In this document: one piece after another, positions 37,884 through 50,140 of the stretch
Layout: each line of letters starts with the position of its first letter
Position numbering within the stretch: position 1 is the stretch's first letter
Assembly (NCBI RefSeq): GCF_018350175.1
Contig: NC_058368.1
Location: 194,620,001-194,684,000, forward strand
DNA length: 64,000 nucleotides
Reading direction: 5' to 3'
From: Felis catus
Taxonomy: Eukaryota
Notes under the pieces: generated by a model
What the model saw: the letters and a program-made list of their open reading frames with translations, nothing else
Told to the model about the DNA's origin: nothing
Database searches by the model: none
Program-made: the position numbers and the translations under genes

Positions 37884-37990
37884 TTTTTTTTTTTTTTTTA
37901 AGTTATCTCTATGCCCACTGTGGGGCTTGACCTTACCACCCTGAGACTAAGAGCTGCAGGCTCCACTGAAGAAGTCAGTCAGGTGCCCCT
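37884..37990 (-). mobile_element. Short old-type CAN-SINE lacking the CT linker, inserted in a MIR
   Basis: Reverse complement ggggcacctgactgac...tcaagccccacagtgggcatagagataacttaaaaa. Confidence 0.8.
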
Positions 37991-38289
37991 GAACCTGTTT
38001 CCTTATCTATGAAGAAGAGAAAGATTATTCTATAATCTCTTCCAGATCTAAAATTCTCTAAATTTAATCTCATCTTGCCATTTATAGGATTTTCCCCAAA
38101 TTCTGTTATTTAAATTTTATTCCTATGAATTATAGCTCTATGGCCCTCATATTTGCCTTTGGATAGGACAAATATAACGTAACTTATCATGGTAAGATTT
38201 GAAAACCTTAATAGGGATCAGTCTATCCAACTGCTTTAGATGATTACTTAAATAGAAGGTCCTTGAGTATAAATGCATTATTTGATTCA

Positions 38290-38520
38290 AGTGTCACACA
38301 GAGCCAGACAAATGAATTCTAGAACTGGGTCTGCCCCTTATATGTTTGGGGGACCTTGGGCAAGTATCTTACTCTCAATGACCCTGTGCCCTTATATAAG
38401 CCTGGGTGAATAATTCCTATCCTCTCCTACTTTATAGAGTTGTTATGGGGATGAAACGATCTCACTGATGAGAAAATACTTGAAAAAAAGAAACCCAAGT
38501 TCAACATATTATAGGATTAT
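38290..38520 (+). mobile_element. MIR SINE
   Basis: agagccagacaaatg...gaccttggggcaagtatctt...gagttgttatggggatgaaacga. Confidence 0.75.
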
Positions 38521-38892
38521 TCTTACTGTCAGATGAGATAAGAGATGGCAGAGCACTTTGATAGCCTTATATAAATTGTCACTTGACCTTGTACAAGTCA
38601 GTCAGTCTCTCTTGGCCTGCTTTCTCATTTAAGTAATAAACCCACTTAGGCCCCTTTTATCACTAAAATTCTATAGTTCAAGGATTGATTTATTGTCAAA
38701 TATGATTACTGTTACCCCACAGCATATCACAGTCAGAATCGCAGCAAAATAGATAATAAAGGAGGACCAGTACCTGAAATGGAAGGAGAGCTAGGATGAG
38801 AGGCAAAAGTTCTGGGTTTGAACTTCAGCTTTGCCACTCCCTAGGTTTGTGGCCTTTGGCAGGTCGTAAAACCAAAAGTTGGGCTGAATTGT

Positions 38893-39393
38893 TGTGGAAC
38901 AGATCTTTGCCATTTATGCCTCTCTAGCATCTATGCCTCTTCTTGCTGTGCTGACTCCCCACTGATCTTCTGGGGAACTAGCCCTACCCTAAGCCTCATC
39001 CATATGGTCCGTGTGGCACTGACCCCAGTCCCTGAAGCTCCATGATCCTGGAACACATGATTAGGGCCAGACCAATGCTGTTTCCATTTTCCTGGTCATA
39101 GTGATGGACTCAGGGATAGGCACTCACCCAAAATGGTTCATTGAATCCATATCCCAGGGTCTACTGGAATGCTTAGGGAGAAGTTCTTTTCCTAATGTGA
39201 TTGTGAGCTATAGGGATCGTAAAAACCTGGAGTCTTCCTGGTCTCCCACATGGGAAGAAGCTTCTGTGAATGACACCAATCCAGCCCTGCCTGAGGACAA
39301 ACACCCAAAGTTGTGTAAGCCCCTAAGTTATCTTTTCAGCTAAAGCTAGATCGAGTGTGTGTCACATGTAACTGAAGGAATTCTGACTGATAC
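38893..39393 (+). mobile_element. ERVL solo LTR (LTR16/LTR33-like)
   Basis: TG...CA; cctggtcatagtgatggactcagggataggca...gtcacatgtaactgaaggaattctgactgataca. Confidence 0.7.
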
Positions 39394-39809
39394 AATGAAG
39401 TTTCCAGACTTGCCCAGTAGAGTCCTGGAAGTTCCCTAGTGGTGCCTTGGGGTCACTGAGGCAAGGCTTAGGCAGGCCAAACTAACTGACAGGATGTAGG
39501 GCAGGCCCATGTGCCCCATTTAAAAAGACCACCTTCTCCTTTATTGCTTTTATACAGTGGACACCAGGTGGGATTTGTTTTGAGGACAGGTTCCAAGAAT
39601 ACTTGGCTGGACGCTTTCCTGCAGAGCTCTCTTTCTGGAACCCAAAATATGAACCTGTAAGAGGCAGGGGTTCTTGATCTTAACCCTCCTAGAGTAAGGG
39701 ACAAAACTCAAAGGCTAAAAGTAGGGAGAAGGAAGGGCTGTCCACAGCTAGAAAGCCTTTTCCCTGTTAAAACAAAAAAACAGCCCAGCTCAGCCCAGCT
39801 GAGAGCCAC

Positions 39810-39970
39810 CATGGCAGCCCAAGAGTGCCAGACGTTTTGGCTTTTTAAGAGGAGATGGAGACCTGGATTTTTACGTGGAAATCTTTCTGATTTTAGCTCT
39901 TGGCAACTAAGGGGATAGAATTTTCAGTCACCTTTAAGCCAAGCAAGATACATCTGCAAACTGAATTCAA
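39810..39970. mobile_element. MER102-like hAT fragment
   Basis: cctggatttttacgtggaaatctttctgatttt...ttggcaactaa...ccaagcaagatacatctgc. Confidence 0.55.
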
Positions 39971-41163
39971 AATGTACATCACGACACTTCCTTCCTGAGT
40001 TCAGAAAAACTCTTCAGTGGGTCTCAGAGTTCCATGACATCATATGACAAACTCAATAGGCATGTCCACTTAGGTGCTACCCTGAGGAGAGCTCCAGAGT
40101 TTCCAATTAGACTCCTCTAAGGGTCTCCATAATCTAGAAAAGTTTAAAAACCCCCGATCTACCAGAAGATTACCCTAGAAGTGTTGCCAACTGTGTGAGT
40201 ATGCATGCGTGATGGCACACTGTCTCCCCAATATTCTTTTCTTTCAGAGCGAAAAGGCCAATCCCTCCTCTCTTCTTTCCCTCACTCTCCCCTCAATGAG
40301 AAAGAACATTATACTACCATCAATAGTTACTGTGCCCAGCTAGCAGGGAAATAAAAGTTCATGGGCTGTTGATCCAGCTTTAACCCTTGGCAAAATTTAC
40401 CTCTGCCTACCCTGGCACAAGGCAGATCACAGAGAAGCACATTTGTTCTTGGTTGGGAGGTGGGGCCATTGCGGGTCTGGTGCCCACCAGCTGGTGTTAG
40501 GGAGCAGGTCATATCTGCTTCTCTCCCATGAGCAACTGACACCAGAGGAGACTCATTTGTTGGCTCACTCCTTTGTTCATTCATTCATTCATTCATTCAT
40601 TCATTTACCAAGTAAGCCACATTGAAGGCTTCCTGTAGACAGAACTGTACTAGAGTTCAGGAATATAGAGACTCTGTCCCTGTTCTCAAATTCACAGCTA
40701 AATAATTATTTATTTTCATAATACACTTTTCAGTTGACTCTGCAAACTCACTCCTACTATTATCTTCACAATTGCCCTTGCAACCAGCAAGGAAGGAGAA
40801 ATTATTCCCATTTTAGATGAAACCAAATCTACAGAGGGTTAAATTAGAGCCAAAGTAAAGGTTCAAACAGGTCTAATGTTGCCGTTAGCCTAAATCAAAA
40901 AGCTGAAAACTCCATAATAAGAAGAGATGTTATTTCTGCCCAATGTGTCAGTATTATTAAGGTATCAGAACTCACTCTACCAGCTTTGGAACAGAAATTT
41001 TACAAGAAATATGCCCTGATTGAGTATGAGAGCACTGGCCATTGTGGGAGGTAAGGAAACAGGGAACAAGGGCCTCATAGATTTCATCTCTGTTACTATG
41101 AAAGAAGTTATTACTGTGGTTCCTATTAATAACTACTACTACTAATTAAACCTTTCCTTGCTC

Positions 41164-41275
41164 TAGGATAACCCATTGTTCCAGATTTCCCAGTACTAGG
41201 GAGGTTCAGAGATACAAGACTTTTACTGCCAAAACCAAGACAGTCGTGGACAAAGTGGGAAGGTTGGTCACGCTG
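41164..41275. mobile_element. MER81-like hAT-Blackjack MITE
   Basis: taggataaccc...gacttttactgccaaaaccaagacagtc...ggttggtcacgct; degenerate TIRs. Confidence 0.7.
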
Positions 41276-41909
41276 CCTGTGTCAGACACAGGGCTAGAGC
41301 CTTATGTGTGTTCTGTGGCTCCTTCTTCCTGAACCCCAAAGCAGAGGTCCAATTAGCCTCACTTAACAGACAACAAAACTGATTTCCCAAGAAGGTGAAG
41401 TACCTGACTTAAGCAGCAGAGCCAGGTTTAAACCAGGTTCATCTCACCCAAACACCTGCCCTTACCAACATCTTAAATGAAAATGCTAGCTCCTTGGGGA
41501 TAGAAATTGATCCTCCTCTGTTGAGACAGAAAGAGAGAGAGAGAGAGAGAATCTCAAATCACCTGCTGACATTTAAAATAAAAAAAGAGTTGTGTATGAT
41601 ATCCTGACCACAAGTCTAACAGTGCGCCCACTGATGATGGAGTTCTCTGCACAGCATTGCAGAGAGACCAGACTCTCAGCAGCAACAGGGGTGGGTGGGC
41701 AGGAAAAGAGCAACATTCTGTGTTATACTCACTCTGTTCCCACCATGCAGCATACTGCCCCTCAAGCAGTCTTCACTCACTAAAAATATCTCGCCAAAAG
41801 CCTGTTGAAATCCTGAATGAATGTTAAGATTCTTTGGGCTGTGGAGAAATGTTTTGGCCACCTTTAATTCAGTAGTGCACAAGCTCTACTCATTCAAGGC
41901 CTAACTTGA

Positions 41910-41913
<4 letters not shown>

Positions 41914-41963
<50 letters not shown>
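41914..41963. repeat. (AT)25 microsatellite
   Basis: Direct reading. Confidence 0.95.
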
Positions 41964-41966
<3 letters not shown>

Positions 41967-42659
41967 TTTATGTGTTTCCTGCTAGCATCTAAATTATTCT
42001 TTGAACTGAATACATTTCCATTCCTACCCCCATCAAATCAACTTCCAGGGCATGGGTTGCATTAATCTCACAAACAGTGTCCCTTTCCCCACTTCCCCAA
42101 ACACACGTAGGCACCAGTTCCCGTTTTATTTTTATCATGGCAATTATGGAAGGAGGGAGGAAGGCAGGAAGGGAGGAAAGAAGGAAGGGAGGGAGGAATA
42201 TTTTAGCTCTTGGCAACTAATTGGAAGGAAGGGAAAGAGGGAGGGAGAAAGGGAGGGAGGGAAGAAGGGAGGAGGGAGAAAGGAAGAAGGGGGTAAGGAA
42301 ACAGACATACAGATATGTATAATTTTTATTTTATTTTATTGCCTTACTATTTCACAGGGCAAATAGTCAGATTCAATTGAAATCATAGCTAAAATGTCTT
42401 TCATGAAACTAATAATAAGTTTTATACATGTTAAGAGATGCTTAATATGAGACCCTAATTACTGAAAAACAAAACATCCTGCAGTTCACGATGCTTTCTC
42501 TCATTCATTAGCACAGGTAACCTAGTTGCAGGGAAAAGACTTGTACTTTACAGATGAATAAACCCAAATTCCATGTCAAGTCCTTCTTTTTGCTAAAGCA
42601 CTAAGACTAGAGTAATATTCTTGCCCAGTCCCCTAAAGGCCATCCTTATTAAATATTCA

Positions 42660-42898
42660 TAGTGTTTCTTAACAGGGGTAGAGGTATTGTTGTCATTTGG
42701 GATGGAACCTTGTGTTGTTGTTGTTGTTGTTGTTGCGTAGGGCAGGATTATTCTGTATATCACAGGAAAAGGGCATCCCTGACCTCCTGTCTACTAAATG
42801 TCAGCAACGTCCCCCTCCATTGTGACCAACCCAATGGCCCCAACAATTCCAAATGCCCCCTGAGGGGAGGGACACTATTGCTCCAGTAAAAAACCTTG
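42660..42898 (-). mobile_element. MER20/MER20B-like hAT MITE with internal (TTG)n
   Basis: gcatccctgacctcctgtctactaaatgtcagcaac...tgtgaccaaccc...ccaaatgccccctgagggg. Confidence 0.65.
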
Positions 42899-43004
42899 CC
42901 AGGAAAGCAGTCATAATAGTCAACAAGCCATTCGAGATCTTCACACTGCCCCTGTGCATTTGAATAGCCTTATCCCATCACACCCCATGTCCTACTCTAC
43001 CTTG

Positions 43005-43580
43005 TCAACTCCACAAACACTCTCTGAGCAGTCATCCTGTTCCAGGCACTATTCTAAGTGCTAAAGATACAGACAGCAGTGGACAGAAAAGATGAGGTTC
43101 CCACTCTTGTGGACATTCTAATGTGTCAGTAAAGGCAGGCAAAGAAAAAGTGAACTCATATTATTTCAGGCAGTGCTGTGTGTTAGCAGGAAAAGTAAAA
43201 GAAGGAAGGAAGGAAGGAAGGAAGGAAGGAAGGAAGGAAGGAAGGAAGGAAAGAAGAAAAGAAAAGAAAAGAAAAGAAAAGAAAAGAAAAGAAAAGAAAA
43301 GAAAAGAAAAGAAAAGAAAAGAAAAGAAAGATGCCAGCAGCTGAGGGAAGGGAAGCAATTATAATTGGCAGGGTGCTCAGGGGAGGCCCCTTGGTTGGAG
43401 GTGACATTTGCATCAGGAGAAGAGTCATGCAAAGAACTGGGGAAGAGAGTTCTAGGAAGGAAAAGCAAACACAGAATACCTGAAGCAAGAAAAGTCTGGC
43501 ATAACAGGACAAGCAAGGACAGTGTGGGTAGAGCAGAATCAGCAAGGCAGAAGCAAGGAGATGCGGTCAGAAGGGTTGGC
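43005..43580 (-). mobile_element. L2 fragment containing a compound purine microsatellite
   Basis: ccaggcactattctaagtgctaaagatac...ggaggtgacatttg...gggaagagagttctaggaagg. Confidence 0.75.
43201..43330. repeat. (GAAG)n(GAAAA)n compound microsatellite
   Basis: Direct reading; about 130 bp of pure purines. Confidence 0.95.
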
Positions 43581-45439
43581 AGGAGCCAACCTTGGCAGGA
43601 GCCAAACCAGGATCTCCTGGTTTCTCAGGTTATTTCACACCTCCACGTCTTTGCTCTAGGTGTCCCAATGCCTGAAATGTCCTTCCCATTCCTTCCACCT
43701 AGAAAACTTGATTTTGTAATTCCCTTTGTAAACCTTCCCCTGACTTCCCTAGGTTTTAACTAATGACCGTCTTCTTTCTTGCTTCTATACTTTACACACA
43801 TTGTACTTGATGAGCCAAATCACCTGCAGTCAGAGTAGTTCTGTATCCTTGGGCAAGATACCCAACCTCTCTGGGCATTGGTTTACTCCTTTTCAAAACC
43901 AGAGAAAACTTTAGTCCCCTTGAGTACTATTGAGTTAGGGTGAGGATTAGAGTTAATTTAAGTGCTTTGAACATTGCCTTAAACACAGTAAGTTCTCATC
44001 CAATGTTGTTATAAAACACTGTATTACACTCCTACAGGTCCATGTCTCTCCAAATAAATTCTAACGTCCCTTGAAGGCATGACGTGGGTCAAGTGTCTTC
44101 CACATGTGTCCTCCATAACTAATATTGTGCCTGAAACATAGCAGATGCCCATAAAGATGGTAGAAGGGAGGGAGAAGAGGAAGGCAGGCAGGCAAAGGAT
44201 TAGAAAGCAAGAGAAGAGAGACCTTACCCTCTTCAGATTGCTTTCACATCACTTTGCGTATTGCATTTTCACAGCAACCCAGTGAGCTGGCAGAGAAAGA
44301 TCTGCTTGTCTCATTTCACATATAGGACGACAGAGTCCCAGAGAGGTGATTGACTTGCTCTTCACAGTGAATGACTGAGTCCAGAGGGCTCATACCACAC
44401 ATGGCTACATCTAAAGCATAGGACATCCTCATTGGCCTAAAAATAATCACTAGAATCCTTCTGTTTGCAGAGGACTTTGTGACATATTTAAACACTTTTG
44501 CAACATTCCACTGGGGTGATCAAAGTTGACTCTTTCTACTTTCCAGAAAAGGAGGTTGGGGTCCAGAAAGCTTAGGACTTGCATTCACTGGCATTAGGAC
44601 TGGATCTAAAACCCAGGATTTCTGGCCCACATCCCAGTGCTCCCTCCACTCTAGCATGGCTTTCCCGCAGCCAAGGGACCAGAGACCCAGCCAGATGTTC
44701 CTGGGTTTTGTTTAGACTTGTCTTCCCTGTTTGGTCCGGTTTCCTCATGGAGGAAAAATACCCATTTTTTTTAATAATAAAAAAGGAAAAATATTTATTG
44801 TCTAACAAATATCTGGGTCATACTCAAAAATGGTCAGAACTGCTTTCCTGAGCCAATTGCTATTCTAGGCACAGTCAGTGACTCACTGGCGACCTTGGAC
44901 AAAAAAGAGGTAACCTTTATTCCTCTGACAAGTTCCTATTTCTCAGAACCCAGAGTCACAAGCAACACAGTTTCTGACAAGATCTCCCCATTGTCCAAAG
45001 CCTATATGAGCCCTCCAGAGACAACAGACCCAGGCCCTCCAGCATTTGACAGATTTTGACAAACCCATTTTAGGCTGAAGCCACCAAATAGAAATACAAC
45101 CTGGAACTGATCAGTCTATTAAGCTAAAATTTAAGTGGCTTTCCCAAGATCTTTTAGCTAATGAGTAGTGCAGGTATGACCAGGATGCACCTCATGATTC
45201 CCAGTGTGATGATAATGGCAGACTCACCTGACATCTTCTTTGTTAGGTATGCCCAGAAGAAAGTGCACAGAATCTTCTAGAGCTTCCAAATACTAAGGGA
45301 TCACAAGACTTAGAGCCCAGTATCGGTGCAGTAGGAACAATGTCCAGGTAAAAAAAGGATTAAATGGACTTGACTTGTTCCTTTCTCAGTACGTAAAATA
45401 ACTACCCCAAAATTAAATGCTACCTGGAGAACATTTCTT

Positions 45440-45920
45440 TAGTTGTTCAACCAATATGTATTTATTGAGTGTGTACTGAATCAAGTATGATGTTAAGTGC
45501 CAGGCAAACATCTTTGAACAAAAGCTTCTCTTGGGGCTTATAGTCTAGTCAAAAAGGCTGATGTCAAATAGACAATCACACAAATAATTATTGAACTAGA
45601 TGATGGAAAATATAAGAGCTAAGGGAGTATATAACAGGAGACCTGATCAAGTCTGGAGGATAAAAGTGGGCTTCTCTGAGGAAGTAATATTTAAGCTGAG
45701 CCAGATAAGCCAGAAGGAAGAAAGAGCTTTCTAGGCAGAAGGAACAACATGTACGGAGACCCTGAGGCATGAAGAAGCATAGAAAACTTAAGAAATTGGA
45801 AGCATACTTTTATGGATAGAAAACAGGGTAGACGTGTGGAGAGATGAGATGACAATTAGGCAGAACACAGAGTTTCAAAGACTGAGTGGTTAACAGTAAA
45901 GAATTTAGGCTTTAATCATG
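45440..45920 (-). mobile_element. L2 fragment
   Basis: tatttattgagtgtgtac...ggcttctctgaggaagtaatatttaagctgag...ctaggcagaaggaacaacatgtac. Confidence 0.8.
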
Positions 45921-46308
45921 ACTGCGTCTTCCCAAGGAGCATTAGGCCTCCCATCCCATATGGAAATACTTAGAGGAGCCAGGCCCTGAGCCCATGTCAG
46001 GTGCACTCCCCAGGGAGTGGTCAGAAGGCACTGTAGTTAATGTGCTCAAGGACTGAATATAAAAGAAATAATCTCTCAGGAAAGAAATAATTTCTCAGTA
46101 TCCCTTCACTATCTTTCTTCAAGCCAAAGAAAACCAATGTCCAATGTGATGGCTTGACCTAGCAAGAGCCTTTAAATACACTTAACTCAGTGATGCAAAG
46201 TCCAAATGTTCCACAAGTAACAAAACCAAAGTCAAGTAGATCTGTCTTGGTACTTCTGCTTTCAGTTCCTAATCCCCAAAGATACAGATATTTTACCTCT
46301 ACCGGACT

Positions 46309-46544
46309 TTTTTTATTTTTTTTAATGTTTATTTTTATTTTTGAGACAGAGGGAGACAGAGCATGAGTGGGGGAGGGGCAGAGAGAGAAGGAGACACAGA
46401 ATCTGAAACAGGCTCCAGGCTCCAATCTGTCAGCACAGAGCTCAATGCGGGGCTCGAACCCACAAACCGTGAGATCATGACCTTAGCCGTGATCTACCTT
46501 AGCCGAAGTCGGACGCCTAACCGACTGAGCCACCCAGGCACCCC
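46309..46544 (-). mobile_element. CAN-SINE with small internal duplication
   Basis: Near TSD acctctaccggactttt / acctccacctgactttt. Confidence 0.95.
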
Positions 46545-46674
46545 AACCTCCACCTGACTTTTAATGACAATTACAGATGATCAGAGTAGAAAAGAATCTT
46601 AAATGCTTGATGATGATGATTTTATAGACCAGCATGTTATACATGTACACAATGTACACACATATTCATATTTT

Positions 46675-46778
46675 CACAGCGTGGAACCTGCTTGAGATTC
46701 TCCCTCTCTCTCTCTGCCCCTCCCCCACTCTCACTCTTTCCATCTCTATCAAAATAAATAAACTTAAAAAAAAAAAAA
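46675..46778 (+). mobile_element. 5'-truncated CAN-SINE
   Basis: cagcgtggaacctgcttgagattctccctctctctc...aaaataaataaacttaaaa. Confidence 0.9.
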
Positions 46779-46871
46779 GAATAATCTCTCCTCTGAAAGT
46801 AGAAATGATACATTCACACCAACATTTTCACTGTAAACAGACAGACCAGCCCTGGAAACCAGTGACCTAGT

Positions 46872-47407
46872 CCCTGCTGTCCAATACTGTAGCCACTGGC
46901 TATGTGCGGCTATTGAGCAGTTGAAATGTGGTGAGTTGAAATTAAGATGTGCCATAAGATACATGAGACTGCAAAGATTCAGTAAGAAAAAAAGATTTAA
47001 TATCACACTAATTAGCATACACTGATTGCAGGCTGAAATAATATTTTGGATATACCGGGTTAAACAATTTTTTTTTTAATGTTTGTTTATTTTTGAGAGA
47101 CAGAGTGCACACAAGGTGTTGGGCGGGGCGTGGGCAGAGAGAGAGAGGGACACAGAATCGGAAGCAGGCTCCAAGCTCTGTGCTGACAGCAGAGAGCCCA
47201 AGGCGGGGCTCGAACTCATGACCTGAGCTGAAGGGAGATCACGACCTGAGCCAAAGTTGGATGCTTAATCGACTGAGCCACCCAGGCACTCCTGGGTTAA
47301 ATAGATTATTAAAATTAACTTCACCTATTTTACCTTTTTAATACAGTCACTAGGAAATTTCAAATCACTGATGAGGCTCACACTGCCTCTGTGGCAGACT
47401 GTGCTGC
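46872..47407. mobile_element. MER33/MER3-like hAT MITE interrupted by a SINE
   Basis: gctgtccaatactgtagccactggctatgtgcggctattgagc...aaataatattttggatata...ttattaaaattaacttcacct. Confidence 0.8.
47068..47292 (-). mobile_element. CAN-SINE with internal duplication
   Basis: Flanks ccgggttaaa / ctgggttaaa. Confidence 0.93.
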
Positions 47408-48035
47408 CTATTCTCCCATTGTACAGATGGAGAAGTTCAAGAGAGAATCTTTGGACAAAGTAAACAACAAAATATAAAAGACAGTGCTGGCAGTGGGATA
47501 TGGACACGGCGGGAAGAGCATCGAGCGGCATTTAGGAAACAGGGGCTCTGATTTTGGCTCCGTTTCACACGCACCAGGTGAGCTAAGTGAGGGGTTCTGC
47601 CTGGCTGTGGTGTGGGTTCCACGCTAAAGTGACCACCTCGGGTGCGTTGGGTGGGGTGGAGCTGAGGTCTCTGACAGCTCTGATGATCTGAGCCTCTCAC
47701 CCTCCCACCCCCGGGGCAGGCCATCACTTACACTGCCCGAGATTGGAGGCTAAATTTCCATCTTTATAAGAATCCCCAGAGAAGGAGACCTGGAGAACCC
47801 CGTGGCTGACACATGTCGAGTGTCACAATATTGATGATGTTCCCTGAGAACACAGAGGCCGCCTGCCTCCGGAGCTGAATGTGTAATTGTGTAATGCAAG
47901 CAATTGCAGAGTCAAAGCTGTCAGTCTTTTTCCTCAGCACCGAGCTCTCCTTTGACAGAAGAGGCTCCTCGGTGAGAAGGAAAAAAAATACATCTATTGA
48001 GGATTTACTCTGTACCCAAAACTGACGAAGCACTT

Positions 48036-48496
48036 TGTTATGGGCTGAATTGTGCCCTCCTGAAAAAGATACCTTGAAGTCCTAAATCCCAGTGCTTCGG
48101 AATGTGATCTCATTTGGAAATAGGATCCTTAGCGAGGTGATCAAGTTAAAACAATGTAATTAGGGTGGGCCCTAATTTGGTATGACTGATGCCCTTATAA
48201 AAAGTGGAATTCGGACACAGAGACAGACATACACAAAGGGGAGATGATATACAGACACACAGGGAGAAGACACTATGTGACATCTATAAGCCAAGGAACA
48301 GCAAGCGTTGCTGGCAACATCAACAGTTACAAGAGGCAAAAACAGATTTTGCCCTCCAGTTGTCAGAAAGGGCATGTCTCTGCTAACACCTCGGTTTGGA
48401 CTTCTAGCCTCCAGGATTGTGAGACAATAAATGTCTCTTGTCTTAAGCCGCCTTTCGAGTGGCACTTTGTTACAGTAGCCTCAGGAACCTAATACA
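48036..48496 (+). mobile_element. Complete MaLR solo LTR (MLT1C-like) inserted in a MIR
   Basis: tgttatgggctgaattgtgccc...tagggtgggccctaat...ggacttctagcctccaggattgtgagacaataaatgtc...aataca. Confidence 0.9.
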
Positions 48497-49143
48497 GGCT
48501 GCAAGTCCATTACCATACTTAATCCTCACAACAGCCCTATGGGTGGGTGCTACTGTTTTGCAGGCGGGTAGAAAAGGGTAGGTAACTTGTCCAGATAATA
48601 GAGTAGGAGCCAAAATTAAAACCAGTCATGCTGGCTCTTTGCTATTCTGTTCTAGTGCCCCTGGCTGAGCGGAAAGAAGAGGAAGGAAGAGGACCGGAGA
48701 CCAGCCCGGGCTCTTCATTGTGTGGCCCTGGGAAAGTCATGTCACCTGTTGAGCCAAAAGAAATGCTGACGCGGGTTCCAACTAGGATGAGGGCTATGAG
48801 ACTCAAAATAAGTTAATAAAATAAAATTGATAGATGTTGAAATGGGTTAAATGTGATAAGCAAGAGGGAGAACTAAAAATCAGACCGTCTGTATTCTGCC
48901 TAACCAGGAGATGATTAATGATTATCGCCGACCACAAGGACCACTGCCGTCACCAGTGCGACCACTTGCATCTTGTCTGCAACGTCATGACCACAACCAC
49001 AAGTGCCACTCTTGCTACCAGGGCATCAACCTTCTCTTCCCAACCCCCACGCCACCACACATCCCGTTTACTGATGGTTTACTATGTACCAAGTACCGTC
49101 ACTATCCCCATCTTACAGATGAAGAAACTGAGGCTTGGGGAGG

Positions 49144-49145
<2 letters not shown>

Positions 49146-49188
<43 letters not shown>
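49146..49188. repeat. Pure A43 homopolymer within a MIR core
   Basis: Direct count. Confidence 0.9.
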
Positions 49189-49189
<1 letters not shown>

Positions 49190-49221
49190 AGGTTACACAG
49201 CTAATAAAAAATGGATTTCTA

Positions 49222-49428
49222 GGGGCGCCTGGGTGGCACAGTCAGTTAAGCGTCCGACTTCAGCTCAGGTCACGATCTCGCGGTCCATGAGTTCGAGCCC
49301 CGCGTCAGGCTCTGCGCTGATGGCTCAGAGCCTGGAGCCTGTTTCCGATTCTGTGTCTCCCTCTCTCTCTGCCCCTCCCCCGTTCATGCTCTGTCTCTCT
49401 CTGTCCCAAAAATAAATAAACGTTAAAA
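49222..49428 (+). mobile_element. Young feline CAN-SINE
   Basis: TSD aaaaaatggatttcta (49206-49221, 49429-49444). Confidence 0.97.
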
Positions 49429-49928
49429 AAAAAATGGATTTCTAAAAGAAGGAATTCAAAGCCTCTTGCAATTCCTCCCATAACCTCTTCCTTTTTCTCT
49501 CATAGACTTAAGATTGGGAACAAGCTGGCCCATCCCCAAAGAGGAGGCATGCTGGTCTGGACTGCTCAGTTCCAGGACATTGCATGGTGCTCCAGGGTGA
49601 ACTTTCAAAATGATATGATACTCTGCAATATAAATAAATATACTCTTTCTCCATCTGTCTCATGCCACACAGCCAGAGTCTGGCTAATCCTCTTTTACCC
49701 AGGTGCCTATAGAAAGAAATATCTACCGAAGACTATTCTAGAAGAAAATGCAGACTTCTTATTTTTTTCTTCCTCTGTCTCTAGAGCCTCTGGGACCTAG
49801 CCTATCAGAGCCTGGGTACGTGACGACAAATTTTTACCCACCCTCTCTAGTTCTTTGTGTTCGCCTATATATGGTTTGTCATATGACAGCAGGGATTCCA
49901 GTTTGGCCTTTGGGTTACAAGTAGACCA

Positions 49929-50084
49929 GGGCCCCTGGGTGACTCAGTTGGTTGAGTGTCCAACTTCGGTTCAGGTCATGATCTCACAGTTCATGAGCTC
50001 AACCCCTGCATTGGGCTCTCTGCTGTCAGTGCAGAAGCCCACTTAGGATCCTATGTCCCTCTCTCTTCCCCCTCCCCCACTCAT

Positions 50085-50118
<34 letters not shown>

Positions 50119-50140
50119 GAAAAATAAACATTAAAAAAAA
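49929..50140 (+). mobile_element. CAN-SINE
   Basis: gggcccctgggtgactcagttgg head, CT linker, A tail. Confidence 0.93.

Noticed and set aside
37884..37990. tRNA gene
   Set aside because: tRNA-like head is degenerate and followed by a SINE tail; it is an old CAN-SINE
43123..43545. Lys/Arg/Glu-rich and Phe/Ser-rich ORFs
   Set aside because: Translation of the purine microsatellite
47934..47958. REST/RE1 site (TCAGCACC...TGACAG)
   Set aside because: Only the left half matches; the right half is mismatched and the spacing is off
48918..49415. Longest ORF (165 aa, with poly-Lys)
   Set aside because: Chimera of a decayed CAC/ACC-rich tract, MIR, A43 and a SINE; no coding evidence
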